From: a virus
Length of the DNA stretch: 64,000 bases
IMG/VR virus record: IMGVR_UViG_3300022602_000038
Location: 32,001 to 96,000 of that record
Reading direction: 5' to 3' (one strand)
Numbering within the stretch: position 1 is the stretch's first letter; each line of letters starts with the position of its first letter. Positions 1 through 7,841 of the stretch are shown piece by piece. The notes beneath the pieces were generated by a model. That model saw nothing but the letters and a program-made list of their open reading frames with translations, did not search any database and was not told the DNA's origin. A program made the position numbers and the translations under genes.

Positions 1-20
1 AAGAACAACAAACCATTGAT

Positions 21-218
21 ATGAAATGGATGTTAAAGTTTTACGGTTATAAGACCGAAGACAATCTAAAGTTTACAAAGGTAGTGGGTAAGAATATAGC
101 CCGATCGGTTACCTTTCTAGAAGACTTTAAAGTAGCTATTAAGTACTTAAACAAAGAGACCAAGTTTACGTTCTCTGAAACTATGTTAATTGAGGACGGG
201 TTTAATTGGATAGCATAA
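21..218 (+). CDS. hypothetical protein (65 aa)
   Basis: ORF co-oriented and tightly packed with neighbours; no motif recognised. Confidence 0.6.
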   Translation: MKWMLKFYGYKTEDNLKFTKVVGKNIARSVTFLEDFKVAIKYLNKETKFTFSETMLIEDGFNWIA

Positions 219-227
219 AAAAATAAC

Positions 228-416
228 ATGACATTATTAGAAGCGTTTAAGCATGTGCAGTACTTTGCAGATAATTACTATCAAGGTAGTGTAACCAAAG
301 CTGTTGCAGCCCTAGAAGCCTCTCACGAACATATAACAGATGATAGTAAAGAGGCACTAACTCTGTTTAAAGAGTGGCAACAAAGAATGAATAACTGGTT
401 AGAGTATGTAAAATGA
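228..416 (+). CDS. hypothetical protein (62 aa)
   Basis: ORF with A-rich upstream context, 9 nt after previous stop. Confidence 0.65.
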   Translation: MTLLEAFKHVQYFADNYYQGSVTKAVAALEASHEHITDDSKEALTLFKEWQQRMNNWLEYVK

Positions 417-452
417 GACTTAAAGAATAGCTTGATAACACCTTAAGAATAG

Positions 453-460
453 TATAAGTA
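453..460 (+). promoter_or_regulatory. late promoter motif TATAAGTA (T4 TATAAATA variant)
   Basis: 9 nt before ATG 470; same TAA(G/A)TA motif precedes most structural genes. Confidence 0.7.
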
Positions 461-469
461 TTAATATAT

Positions 470-823
470 ATGCGCGACCAATATAAAGTTTTACTAGAAA
501 GATATCAGGAAATGCCTTCTAATGAACCAGAAGAGGAACCAGAAATGGATATGGACGAAGAAGAAGGTAACCATGAACTAATAGTTAGATATGAATTTGT
601 TATGGAAACAGATGATAAGGTGCTTAGTAAGCTTGATAGAATAGCTGCTCAAGTAGGAATAACAGAAGGGTATGATGGTGCTGAAATATATGGAGCTTTT
701 AATCCACCTATGCGTCAGGTGTATTATGTCAGTAAAGATGTCAGGCAATTAGAGAAATTAGCTGATCTTATTGTTTCACAAATACCTGATATAGAGTTTG
801 AAACTTACATACAAGAAGCGTAA
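470..823 (+). CDS. acidic protein with shared N-terminal leader, putative internal head protein
   Basis: starts MRDQYKVLLERYQE, similar to leaders of 830, 1624, 2108, 3252; late promoter upstream. Confidence 0.75.
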   Translation: MRDQYKVLLERYQEMPSNEPEEEPEMDMDEEEGNHELIVRYEFVMETDDKVLSKLDRIAAQVGITEGYDGAEIYGAFNPPMRQVYYVSKDVRQLEKLADLIVSQIPDIEFETYIQEA

Positions 824-829
824 TAAAGT

Positions 830-1189
830 ATGCGCAACCGGTACAAAGTACTAGAAGAGGCATATGATAAAGTAAAAGAGAACAATTGGTGGGAGGAGCT
901 TAAGAAAAAGAACCCTATTTTATATGCCAAGCACAGAGAGAAGTACAAGGCCAAGATGCGCGAGTACAACAAAAAGAGGTTAGATGCAATTAAACCAGAC
1001 AGAAAACCTAAACCAGAAAAGCCATCTGGTTTAGTGCACCCAACAGTGCCAAGAGCAATACAAAGTGCGCAATGGTGGAGGGATTTAAAAGCACAAAACC
1101 CAGAAGAATACGCTAGAAGAAACGCCATAAAGACTCAAAGAGCTAGAGAAAGAAGAGCACAGCTAAAGAACACCAATAAGGCAAGCTAA
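830..1189 (+). CDS. basic protein with LxEAY leader and internal WWxxLKxxNP repeat
   Basis: MRNRYKVLEEAYDKVKE; WWEELKKKNP and WWRDLKAQNP repeats; Lys/Arg rich. Confidence 0.75.
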   Translation: MRNRYKVLEEAYDKVKENNWWEELKKKNPILYAKHREKYKAKMREYNKKRLDAIKPDRKPKPEKPSGLVHPTVPRAIQSAQWWRDLKAQNPEEYARRNAIKTQRARERRAQLKNTNKAS

Positions 1190-1217
1190 AAAAAGGTAAA
1201 AAAAAGGTAATATTTTG

Positions 1218-1246
1218 TTGCCTTTATACCTTAAAGTATGCATAAT
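1218..1246 (+). promoter_or_regulatory. sigma70-like early promoter
   Basis: TTGCCT-17-CATAAT with A-rich UP region. Confidence 0.65.
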
Positions 1247-1293
1247 GTACGTATAATAAAAGAAACAATTACGTTTCATTATTATAATGTTCT

Positions 1294-1554
1294 ATGAAAG
1301 TTAAAAATCATCTATTATCAAAGAAATCTCTACCTATTGATACAACCATACCAGTACGTTATGCCACTCAACTTAAAAACAAGAAAGGTGAATGGTACTT
1401 TCCAGGTGGTACATTAACGCACGATTCAATGAGAAGTGCTAACAAGATACTAAAGGTTTATAGCCTTGGACCTAAATCGTTTAAGGATGCCGTTGGTAAG
1501 ACTGTTAGATTTATTAGATTTGACCCGGTTATTGTTAAAGAAGTAGAGCTATAA
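1294..1554 (+). CDS. hypothetical early protein (86 aa)
   Basis: ORF between promoter 1218 and terminator 1561. Confidence 0.7.
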   Translation: MKVKNHLLSKKSLPIDTTIPVRYATQLKNKKGEWYFPGGTLTHDSMRSANKILKVYSLGPKSFKDAVGKTVRFIRFDPVIVKEVEL

Positions 1555-1560
1555 CATATT

Positions 1561-1595
1561 AAAAGGATATATCTTAATTGGTATATCCTTTTTTT
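1561..1595 (+). terminator. intrinsic terminator
   Basis: AAAAGGATATA/TATATCCTTTT stem followed by T run. Confidence 0.75.
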
Positions 1596-1623
1596 ATTGT
1601 ATTATAATGATAAGTAATGGTAC

Positions 1624-2103
1624 ATGAGGAGTCAATATAAAGTTTTAGCAGAAGCTTATAATAGGGTACTTGAAACAAGTAAGCCTATTACAAAAGAAGA
1701 CACCTCTAATGAGTGGTACAATGATGCAAGAAAGCAGATAGATAGTTCCGACGGAGCCTACGGGTTTTCTTTCTTTAAAACAATAAAGGATTGGCCACAT
1801 CCAGATGAATTTATAAAGTTTTTATGTAAACACATATACGGTGTTAGTGTAGATTATTTTGAAATAGTTACGTATGGTATTGATAAATTCATTACTACGA
1901 TGTTTGGACATGAGGTAGACAGTATTGCAGGGGATATAAGAGATAAGAACCCGCATTTAAGTCATAAAGAGATAAATGATATTTCAGATAAATTAGCGGT
2001 AAAAAAACTAAAAGAATATTATAACCAATTTAAAACTTACCAAAAGGCTCAAGCAGTACTTAAAAAAGGTTCCGAAGAATCCGGAGTAGACATAGACATA
2101 TAA
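1624..2103 (+). CDS. protein with LxEAY leader and C-terminal GVDIDI tail
   Basis: MRSQYKVLAEAYNRVLE...AQAVLKKGSEESGVDIDI; TAAGTA at 1611-1616. Confidence 0.8.
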   Translation: MRSQYKVLAEAYNRVLETSKPITKEDTSNEWYNDARKQIDSSDGAYGFSFFKTIKDWPHPDEFIKFLCKHIYGVSVDYFEIVTYGIDKFITTMFGHEVDSIAGDIRDKNPHLSHKEINDISDKLAVKKLKEYYNQFKTYQKAQAVLKKGSEESGVDIDI

Positions 2104-2107
2104 TAAC

Positions 2108-2560
2108 ATGAGAGACAACACTACCAAACTACTAGAAGAGGCATATAAAAAGGTTCAAGAAAGAGATGGACGTTTAGAGACATGGGTAAAAGGAGATCAA
2201 AATGAACGTAATGAATATAAAAACTACGTTCAAACCAAGTTTAATGGGGATTATAGAAAGGGTGCACAAGCGTGGGCTCAAATGAAGAACAGACCCACGG
2301 ATGATGTCTTTAATGATAAAGCACGTTTAGATGCATTTATGAAAGCAGACTTCGACTTCAACACATTTGATGAACAGGATTGGAACAATTATTGGCTCCT
2401 AGCACAGCACTGCGATAAAAATAGGGAATTTCAAAAGAAAGCACTAGACATTATCGAACAGTATCTTGGCACCGAACACAGTCATTATAAGTACCTTTAC
2501 GATAGATTATCCTTAGCACTGACCGGTAAACAGAAGTACGGCACACAGAATGCAAAATAA
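2108..2560 (+). CDS. DUF6624-like domain protein with LxEAY leader
   Basis: WLLAQHCD..FQ..AL...YLYDR......QKYGTQ motif; leader MRDNTTKLLEEAYKKVQE. Confidence 0.7.
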   Translation: MRDNTTKLLEEAYKKVQERDGRLETWVKGDQNERNEYKNYVQTKFNGDYRKGAQAWAQMKNRPTDDVFNDKARLDAFMKADFDFNTFDEQDWNNYWLLAQHCDKNREFQKKALDIIEQYLGTEHSHYKYLYDRLSLALTGKQKYGTQNAK

Positions 2561-2576
2561 GGACTATATAAGGGGA

Positions 2577-3044
2577 TTATCTTAGTTCACCTTCGTCAGC
2601 ATTATGATCCTTGATCCACTGTAACAGATCATTGCCCTTTAGTACATTATCAATAGTTATAGTTTCTGTGCTTGTGTAGTTGCCCGGTTCAATGCTACCC
2701 ATATTTTGATTAGAGATATGTTTATTAAACTTACCAGCATTTGTATGTATCACTAATAAAGCACCGTGTTTGGATATATCTGCACTAGAAGGGATATAGT
2801 TACCTTTGTTTAATTTTCTTTGTATCTGACTAGACAGTGCACAGTATACCGCTCTTGCCCCTTTTGAATCACTAGCAAACACCGCCGGTATGGCCTCTTT
2901 CTTATAAAGCTCTTGAGTAAACTTTCCTACAGTCGGAGTTAACCCCTGTGCAAGTATTGACGGAACATTATCAATTAGGGTACCGTGATACAGTCTAAGA
3001 CTATCATCAGTTGTATTTTCATAAAAGAAATCTCTAAACGTCAT
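2577..3044 (-). CDS. putative ADP-ribosyltransferase-fold protein (HGT/PARP-KptA-like), likely virion packaged
   Basis: LYHGT..NV.SIL.QGL and downstream VFAS strand; start moved to 3044 (MTFRDFFYE) because TATAAATA lies at 3050-3057 on the minus strand. Confidence 0.6.
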   Translation of the reverse strand: MTFRDFFYENTTDDSLRLYHGTLIDNVPSILAQGLTPTVGKFTQELYKKEAIPAVFASDSKGARAVYCALSSQIQRKLNKGNYIPSSADISKHGALLVIHTNAGKFNKHISNQNMGSIEPGNYTSTETITIDNVLKGNDLLQWIKDHNADEGELR

Positions 3045-3049
3045 TATAG

Positions 3050-3057
3050 TATTTATA
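3050..3057 (-). promoter_or_regulatory. canonical T4-type late promoter TATAAATA
   Basis: exact motif 5 nt upstream of ATG at 3044. Confidence 0.7.
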
Positions 3058-3100
3058 AAAAAGCTTGATATAATGCAATAAGTTACCATAATACGGTGTT

Positions 3101-3250
3101 ATGAGTAACTTTAACTGTGAACAATATGTACTAGATAACTACGGTGAAGAAATAGTAGATATGTTCGTAGAGGAGTATGGTATATATGCTACAACATATC
3201 TATATAGCTTAACACAGGATGAAGTAGATGATGTATTAGCTAAGTACTAA
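3101..3250 (+). CDS. small acidic protein (49 aa), absent from ORF track
   Basis: MSNFNCEQYVLDNYGEEIVDMFVEEYG...LAKY*; TTGATA-16-CATAAT promoter at 3065-3092. Confidence 0.6.
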   Translation: MSNFNCEQYVLDNYGEEIVDMFVEEYGIYATTYLYSLTQDEVDDVLAKY

Positions 3251-3251
3251 T

Positions 3252-4472
3252 ATGAGAGATAGGACTACCATACTACTAGAAGAGGCATATGAAAAGGTTA
3301 AAGAAGCGGCTATACTACCGGATGAATCTAAAGTTGATAAAGTAATGGATATATTGAACAAAGCACAACAGTTAAGACAGCAAGGATATAGTGTAAAAAA
3401 AACAGAACAAAATGCAATAAAAGAGTTGGCACTTCTTAATATAACCATTAAGGATTTGGAAGCGCCTATAGGCGCCGGGATTGTATACAATCCCATCAAT
3501 TTTTATGATACAGGAAGAATAGTAATTAGTAGAGATTTATTTAAAAGGTACATAGACTTGCCCTTTAGTAAAAGTAAGGTCGAGTGTAAACATAGAGAGA
3601 AAGTAATGAGACGATTAATCGGTCACGAATATATTCATCAATTGCAACTTATACGTAAATTAAAAAGGATCCATTCATTAAATAAGCCTGCAGGCATCTA
3701 TGATAATGAAGAAAGGATCAATTCATTAAAAAAGCTTGCAGGCATCTATAATAATGAAGTACGGTATCATAGCCGCCATTTTGATAATAAAGACCCTAAG
3801 TTTTATTATAACAATTATAACGAAATAATGACCTATGCCTATGAAATGGCAAAGAAGATATACGATAAGTTGAATATAGATAAGTACAAAGCAAGGAACT
3901 TTACCAAGGATCAAATTTACAAAGTAGTACAAAGGTTTATGCAAGTAGATAGATTTGCTACAAACAAAATGAGTAAAGAAATTGTTCAGCACCTCACCCC
4001 AGATAATGTAAAACGGTACTACAAGTACATTTACGATTATGTAGGACAGTTGTATGATGGTATATTAAAAGAACCAAACAATAAGGTAAGGGATTCATTA
4101 AACGAAAAGGGTGTTATAGTTAGTGGAAGATTTTATGGTCAAACGATACAAGACTATGTAGAGAGGTTTTTACCTAAGCATTTTAAAGAAAAAAATAAAG
4201 TCAACAAAGAAGAATTATTAGACTTTGTAAAGTATATTCAAGATAATATCTATAAACATATACCAGTTACTCGTACTAAATTCTCCAGTAAAAATGTATT
4301 ACCTTTATTGTATCTAGCAAATAAGATTATACTAAGTAATCCTAATTTAACTTCAAATGCAGTATATAAACAAGTATTAGAGTTCCTTTATAAAGAGTAC
4401 ACCTACCATAAGAAGACACAAGCAGTACTTAAGAAGGGCTCTAAAGAAGCAGGCATTGATATAGATATATAA
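3252..4472 (+). CDS. HExxH zinc metallopeptidase-like protein with LxEAY leader and GIDIDI tail
   Basis: IGHEYIHQLQ plus downstream YYNNYNEIMTYA (candidate third ligand E); leader MRDRTTILLEEAYEKVKE; tail TQAVLKKGSKEAGIDIDI. Confidence 0.7.
   Translation: MRDRTTILLEEAYEKVKEAAILPDESKVDKVMDILNKAQQLRQQGYSVKKTEQNAIKELALLNITIKDLEAPIGAGIVYNPINFYDTGRIVISRDLFKRYIDLPFSKSKVECKHREKVMRRLIGHEYIHQLQLIRKLKRIHSLNKPAGIYDNEERINSLKKLAGIYNNEVRYHSRHFDNKDPKFYYNNYNEIMTYAYEMAKKIYDKLNIDKYKARNFTKDQIYKVVQRFMQVDRFATNKMSKEIVQHLTPDNVKRYYKYIYDYVGQLYDGILKEPNNKVRDSLNEKGVIVSGRFYGQTIQDYVERFLPKHFKEKNKVNKEELLDFVKYIQDNIYKHIPVTRTKFSSKNVLPLLYLANKIILSNPNLTSNAVYKQVLEFLYKEYTYHKKTQAVLKKGSKEAGIDIDI
3665..3760 (+). repeat. in-frame 48-bp tandem duplication
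   Basis: RIHSLNKPAGIYDNEE / RINSLKKLAGIYNNEV. Confidence 0.8.
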
Positions 4473-4505
4473 GTACGTAGTTATTACATCTACTTTAAAA
4501 TCTAT

Positions 4506-4557
4506 ATCCGTTTTGAGAAATTCGAATTTCTAAATCCAGAAGTGCATACAAATTTGG
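4506..4557. repeat. dispersed repeat copy 1 with palindromic core GAAATTCGAATTTC
   Basis: 28 bp at 4517-4544 identical to 8970-8997. Confidence 0.85.
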
Positions 4558-4658
4558 CTCCCTATATAGAGAACACTTATAGCCTATAGAGCACTAACTG
4601 GACTGTGCCCCGGACTATATCAGACGAAGTAGATATCACTAAGCACCTATAAAAGTAA

Positions 4659-4718
4659 ATCCAGTAACGGAAATTTGAATTTTGTAAAACAGAAGTGCAA
4701 CTAATTACGGAAGCACTA
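4659..4718. repeat. dispersed repeat copy 2 (degenerate)
   Basis: ATCCAGTAACGGAAATTTGAATTTTGTAAAACAGAAGTG...GCACTA aligns to the 8943-9018 unit. Confidence 0.65.
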
Positions 4719-4875
4719 TTGGAAATGAAATAGAGAGAAATGGAATACAGGAGAAAAATGTGTGGAGATGAGTGGAGTGTATTAAACTAAGTCTCTCCGC
4801 CAATTTTTTTCAAGCTTTTTTTTGCAAAATTTTGTAATATGGCTTTTTTTATTGCACATTCTAAGGTATGTTTAT

Positions 4876-5244
4876 ATGAATAACACGTGGAGGTATAGTG
4901 TCCCGACTAGGAGTGATTTGCCAATATATGTTTCTTTTGGTGATGTCAACGATTATGATATACGGTTATTTGACAAGGAGGTACCTGCAGGTAAGGTGTT
5001 ATGGGTGCATGCAGATATACCTAAGTTACCGGTCAATAAGGAGCAAACGGTAATAGACTCTAGGTTTCAGGAGCTAGCTAACAGTGATAGTACAACAGAG
5101 TGGTTTGATAACGACTGGTTTGCTGCAGGGTTCCACTATGCTGTAGAGGTGATACATAATGAGGTACAGAAGGTTAGTACTAAGAAATCCACCAAAACAT
5201 CTCCTTTTATTGATCCGGCAATATATTTCAAAAAAGATATATAG
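4876..5244 (+). CDS. hypothetical protein
   Basis: ORF 4822-5244; first ATG at 4876 is the more plausible start. Confidence 0.65.
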   Translation: MNNTWRYSVPTRSDLPIYVSFGDVNDYDIRLFDKEVPAGKVLWVHADIPKLPVNKEQTVIDSRFQELANSDSTTEWFDNDWFAAGFHYAVEVIHNEVQKVSTKKSTKTSPFIDPAIYFKKDI

Positions 5245-5475
5245 CAATTTAATAAGGTGAGTCTATAAAAGAATCCCTTAATCAACTGTATTACATCCCT
5301 TTTATCCCTATTAGAAATAATAATTGGAGTATTCGTATATAAACTTTCTTTATATTGGATTTTTTTGGAGTATAACTTATAAGTTGCTCTAATAGCACCT
5401 GTATAAAATTAATGATGTTAATAGAGAGTGTAAATTTCAATAAATTATTAGATTTATTTGGATTAAAAAAAAGAG

Positions 5476-5504
5476 TTGCCTGTTATTAAAAAATAGCCTA
5501 AAAT
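5476..5504 (+). promoter_or_regulatory. sigma70-like promoter driving candidate ncRNA
   Basis: TTGCCT-17-TAAAAT. Confidence 0.6.
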
Positions 5505-5507
5505 GAA

Positions 5508-5593
5508 GTACTGGGGTGAAAGCGCCGTAATCTGCAGTACCCCAATGGCTAGGCGCTTCTTGGAGGAGGTTCCTTATACGCCAATAATGAGGA
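5508..5593 (+). ncRNA. candidate pseudoknotted small RNA
   Basis: GC-rich island; TGGGGT(5512-17)/ACCCCA(5539-44) crossed with AAGCGCC(5520-26)/GGCGCTT(5552-58); 3' hairpin TCCTTAT/ATGAGGA; begins near the predicted TSS. Confidence 0.5.
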
Positions 5594-5658
5594 TTTAATT
5601 AAAAAGGTCAACTAAAAAAGGGATTATTTAATAAAAAAAAGAGTTGTAATATTACAAA

Positions 5659-5734
5659 AAATCTAGATTATTAATTTTGTATTAGTTATAAAACACTTAT
5701 AATTAAACATTAACAAAATAAACCAAAATAATAA
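5659..5734 (+). repeat. 76-bp perfect direct repeat copy 1 (promoter -10 plus 5' leader cassette)
   Basis: identical to 6294-6369; each ends 1 nt before an ATG and follows an AAAAAGAGTTG -35 region. Confidence 0.92.
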
Positions 5735-5735
5735 T

Positions 5736-5972
5736 ATGAGTAATAATAAAAGAGAAGTTAAATTAATAAATTGTAACTTATTAGATGTTAAAAATAACAA
5801 ACTAATTAAAATGGAGGGGTATGTTAAAATTGTAAATTATGATAATAAAGAGTATTTTGAGGTAAATTTAAGAGATGGGGATTTTAATAATGAGAAGTAT
5901 ATTTTAATAGGAAGTAATGAGAAGTTTAAGATTTTTGGTAAAGATGATGATGGAGGATATTTTGTAATTTAA
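5736..5972 (+). CDS. hypothetical early protein, mostly C-free codons
   Basis: 78-aa ORF directly after repeat copy 1. Confidence 0.7.
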   Translation: MSNNKREVKLINCNLLDVKNNKLIKMEGYVKIVNYDNKEYFEVNLRDGDFNNEKYILIGSNEKFKIFGKDDDGGYFVI

Positions 5973-6268
5973 ATAAATTAAGTAATTTGAATTTTAGTGT
6001 TGATTTAATAATAAAATAATATAGATTAATAATATGAAAAATAATTATAAAATAATTAAATTAAGTGTTGAAGAATTTATAGAAAAATATTATAATAAGT
6101 ATTTAGAAGAAAAATATGAAGATAATTGGATGGATGTAGTTATAGAAGAATTATTAAAAGATAATATTAAAATAGAATTTATAGATTAATAGAAATTAAG
6201 TAGTTTGAATTTTAGTGTTGATTTAAATAATAAAATAAAAAAATAATTAAAAAAAGTTTGTAATAATG
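5803..6268 (+). other. 466-bp tract with no cytosine on the + strand
   Basis: last C at 5802, next C at 6269; many G retained. Confidence 0.92.
6034..6189 (+). CDS. small acidic protein (51 aa) encoded without any C, absent from ORF track
   Basis: MKNNYKIIKLSVEEFIEKYYNKYLEEKYEDNWMDVVIEELLKDNIKIEFID*; GTTGATTT -35-like motif upstream. Confidence 0.6.
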   Translation: MKNNYKIIKLSVEEFIEKYYNKYLEEKYEDNWMDVVIEELLKDNIKIEFID

Positions 6269-6293
6269 CAAAAAAGAGTTGCATTAATAAGAG

Positions 6294-6369
6294 AAATCTA
6301 GATTATTAATTTTGTATTAGTTATAAAACACTTATAATTAAACATTAACAAAATAAACCAAAATAATAA
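6294..6369 (+). repeat. 76-bp perfect direct repeat copy 2
   Basis: identical to 5659-5734. Confidence 0.92.
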
Positions 6370-6370
6370 C

Positions 6371-6631
6371 ATGTCAGTCGAAATACAAAATAAAGTTAGT
6401 CTACCTATTAAAATCGAGAAAGGCATTAAAATGCCTTTCTCTTCTAAAGTAGCCACTCCTACTAAAAAATATAATAACTATAAAAAAATATTTAATAAAA
6501 TGCAAACAGGCGATTCTTTTATAGTAGAGCAAACAAAATTATCTGGCATTTCACAAGCATCTAAAAAATTAAACTTTAACTACATTAGTAGATCTATTAA
6601 CGATCAAGTAGTAAGAGTTTGGAAGGTATAA
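6371..6631 (+). CDS. small putative DNA-binding phage protein
   Basis: IKIEKGI.MP...KY...M..GDSF...VRVW pattern typical of a widespread small phage family. Confidence 0.65.
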   Translation: MSVEIQNKVSLPIKIEKGIKMPFSSKVATPTKKYNNYKKIFNKMQTGDSFIVEQTKLSGISQASKKLNFNYISRSINDQVVRVWKV

Positions 6632-6658
6632 CTAATACAACAATACACAACAAAACTA

Positions 6659-6691
6659 GCTTGCCCTTTTAATTAAGGGCAAGCATTTTTT
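6659..6691 (+). terminator. intrinsic terminator
   Basis: GCTTGCCCTT/AAGGGCAAGC stem plus T run. Confidence 0.8.
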
Positions 6692-6699
6692 ATTTAAAA

Positions 6700-6810
6700 A
6701 TGAAAGCTTTCTTAATTATCTCTACCCTAATCTTATTCGTTATTTTCTGGTTCTTATTAGATATGAACTCTTTATTAGAAGAGTTAGAAGAAGAGGATTT
6801 TTACGAATAA
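6700..6810 (+). CDS. small single-pass membrane peptide (36 aa)
   Basis: MKAFLIISTLILFVIFWFLLD followed by acidic tail. Confidence 0.5.
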   Translation: MKAFLIISTLILFVIFWFLLDMNSLLEELEEEDFYE

Positions 6811-6865
6811 TATAGTTGCAAGGTTTAATAAAAACAGATATATTATAAGAGTAAACTAAAATAAC

Positions 6866-7012
6866 ATGAACAACAAAAATATATTAAATAAAATCAGTAA
6901 AGTAGACGAACTCTTACAAGAATTAAAGGAGTTATATGATGCAGGTAAAATGACAGTAGAGGAAGAAGCTAGTTATGAAAACTTTCTCTATAATTTAAAC
7001 GACACAATTTAA
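6866..7012 (+). CDS. small helical protein (48 aa)
   Basis: MNNKNILNKISKVDELLQELKELYDAGKM...; TTGCAA -35 at 6816. Confidence 0.55.
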   Translation: MNNKNILNKISKVDELLQELKELYDAGKMTVEEEASYENFLYNLNDTI

Positions 7013-7053
7013 AGCTATTAAAATAGTGTTGATTTAATAATATTATATAATAG

Positions 7054-7090
7054 AGGAGATATATATTAGGTTATATATCTCCTATTTTTT
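7054..7090 (+). terminator. intrinsic terminator
   Basis: AGGAGATATATA/TATATATCTCCT stem plus T run. Confidence 0.75.
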
Positions 7091-7235
7091 ATATGCTTCC
7101 AATTATACCTGCCCACACCTCCCCATTATTATAATAAAACTTTCTCATTAAAAGGCAACTTAAAAAGGATTTTATTTTCTTAAAAAAGGATAATATTTTG
7201 TTGACCTTACTAATAATTTAATCCACATTGTTTGT

Positions 7236-7841
7236 ATGAAACGATACCAACAACCAATTGCAGTAGATGGGTGTATGGCTAGTGATTACAATCATCTTAC
7301 ACTCAATATAAAAGGTTTAAAGAAAGAAGAACAACCACCTTTAAACCAGTCAAGCTATTTAGTTTACAATGCAACTGGTGCATATGTAGGGTGGATAGAT
7401 GATAAATCTGTAAAGAAGTACCTTTACAGCTACTTACCTTATCATTATAGCAATTTAACCAAGAGTACAGTAAAGGGATCTAACATTAAACTAGTATGTA
7501 GTAAGTCTACAGGTAAGATAGTATTATTGTTTAAGTCAACTTATATAAATGAAGAGAGTGTATTAGAATTGAATGATAAGGTGGAACTAGCCAATTACTT
7601 TCTTAAACACGAACTCAATAACATTACATTTGACAAGGTTTATGATGGACGTCAGTATCAGATATACTGGACTGATAAGCACAATCTAGCACCACATCTT
7701 ATAAAGGTATTAGATGATAAGTTAGATAAAGTAATGAAAGAGTTCAAGCAAGAAGTTGAACGTTCAATAACAAACATAATCAAAGAAAGAGAAGTAATAA
7801 GGCTTGCCGAACAGGAAACAGGCATTACTATTGACATATGA
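7236..7841 (+). CDS. hypothetical early protein with GITIDI tail
   Basis: TTGACC-17-CACATT at 7201-7229; C-terminus AEQETGITIDI resembles tails of 1624 and 3252. Confidence 0.75.
   Translation: MKRYQQPIAVDGCMASDYNHLTLNIKGLKKEEQPPLNQSSYLVYNATGAYVGWIDDKSVKKYLYSYLPYHYSNLTKSTVKGSNIKLVCSKSTGKIVLLFKSTYINEESVLELNDKVELANYFLKHELNNITFDKVYDGRQYQIYWTDKHNLAPHLIKVLDDKLDKVMKEFKQEVERSITNIIKEREVIRLAEQETGITIDI

Noticed and set aside
4560-4660. Hammerhead ribozyme or tRNA in the intergenic region
   Set aside because: No CUGAnGA/GAAA core with supporting stems and no cloverleaf or T-loop found by eye; a tRNAscan/Infernal run would settle it.
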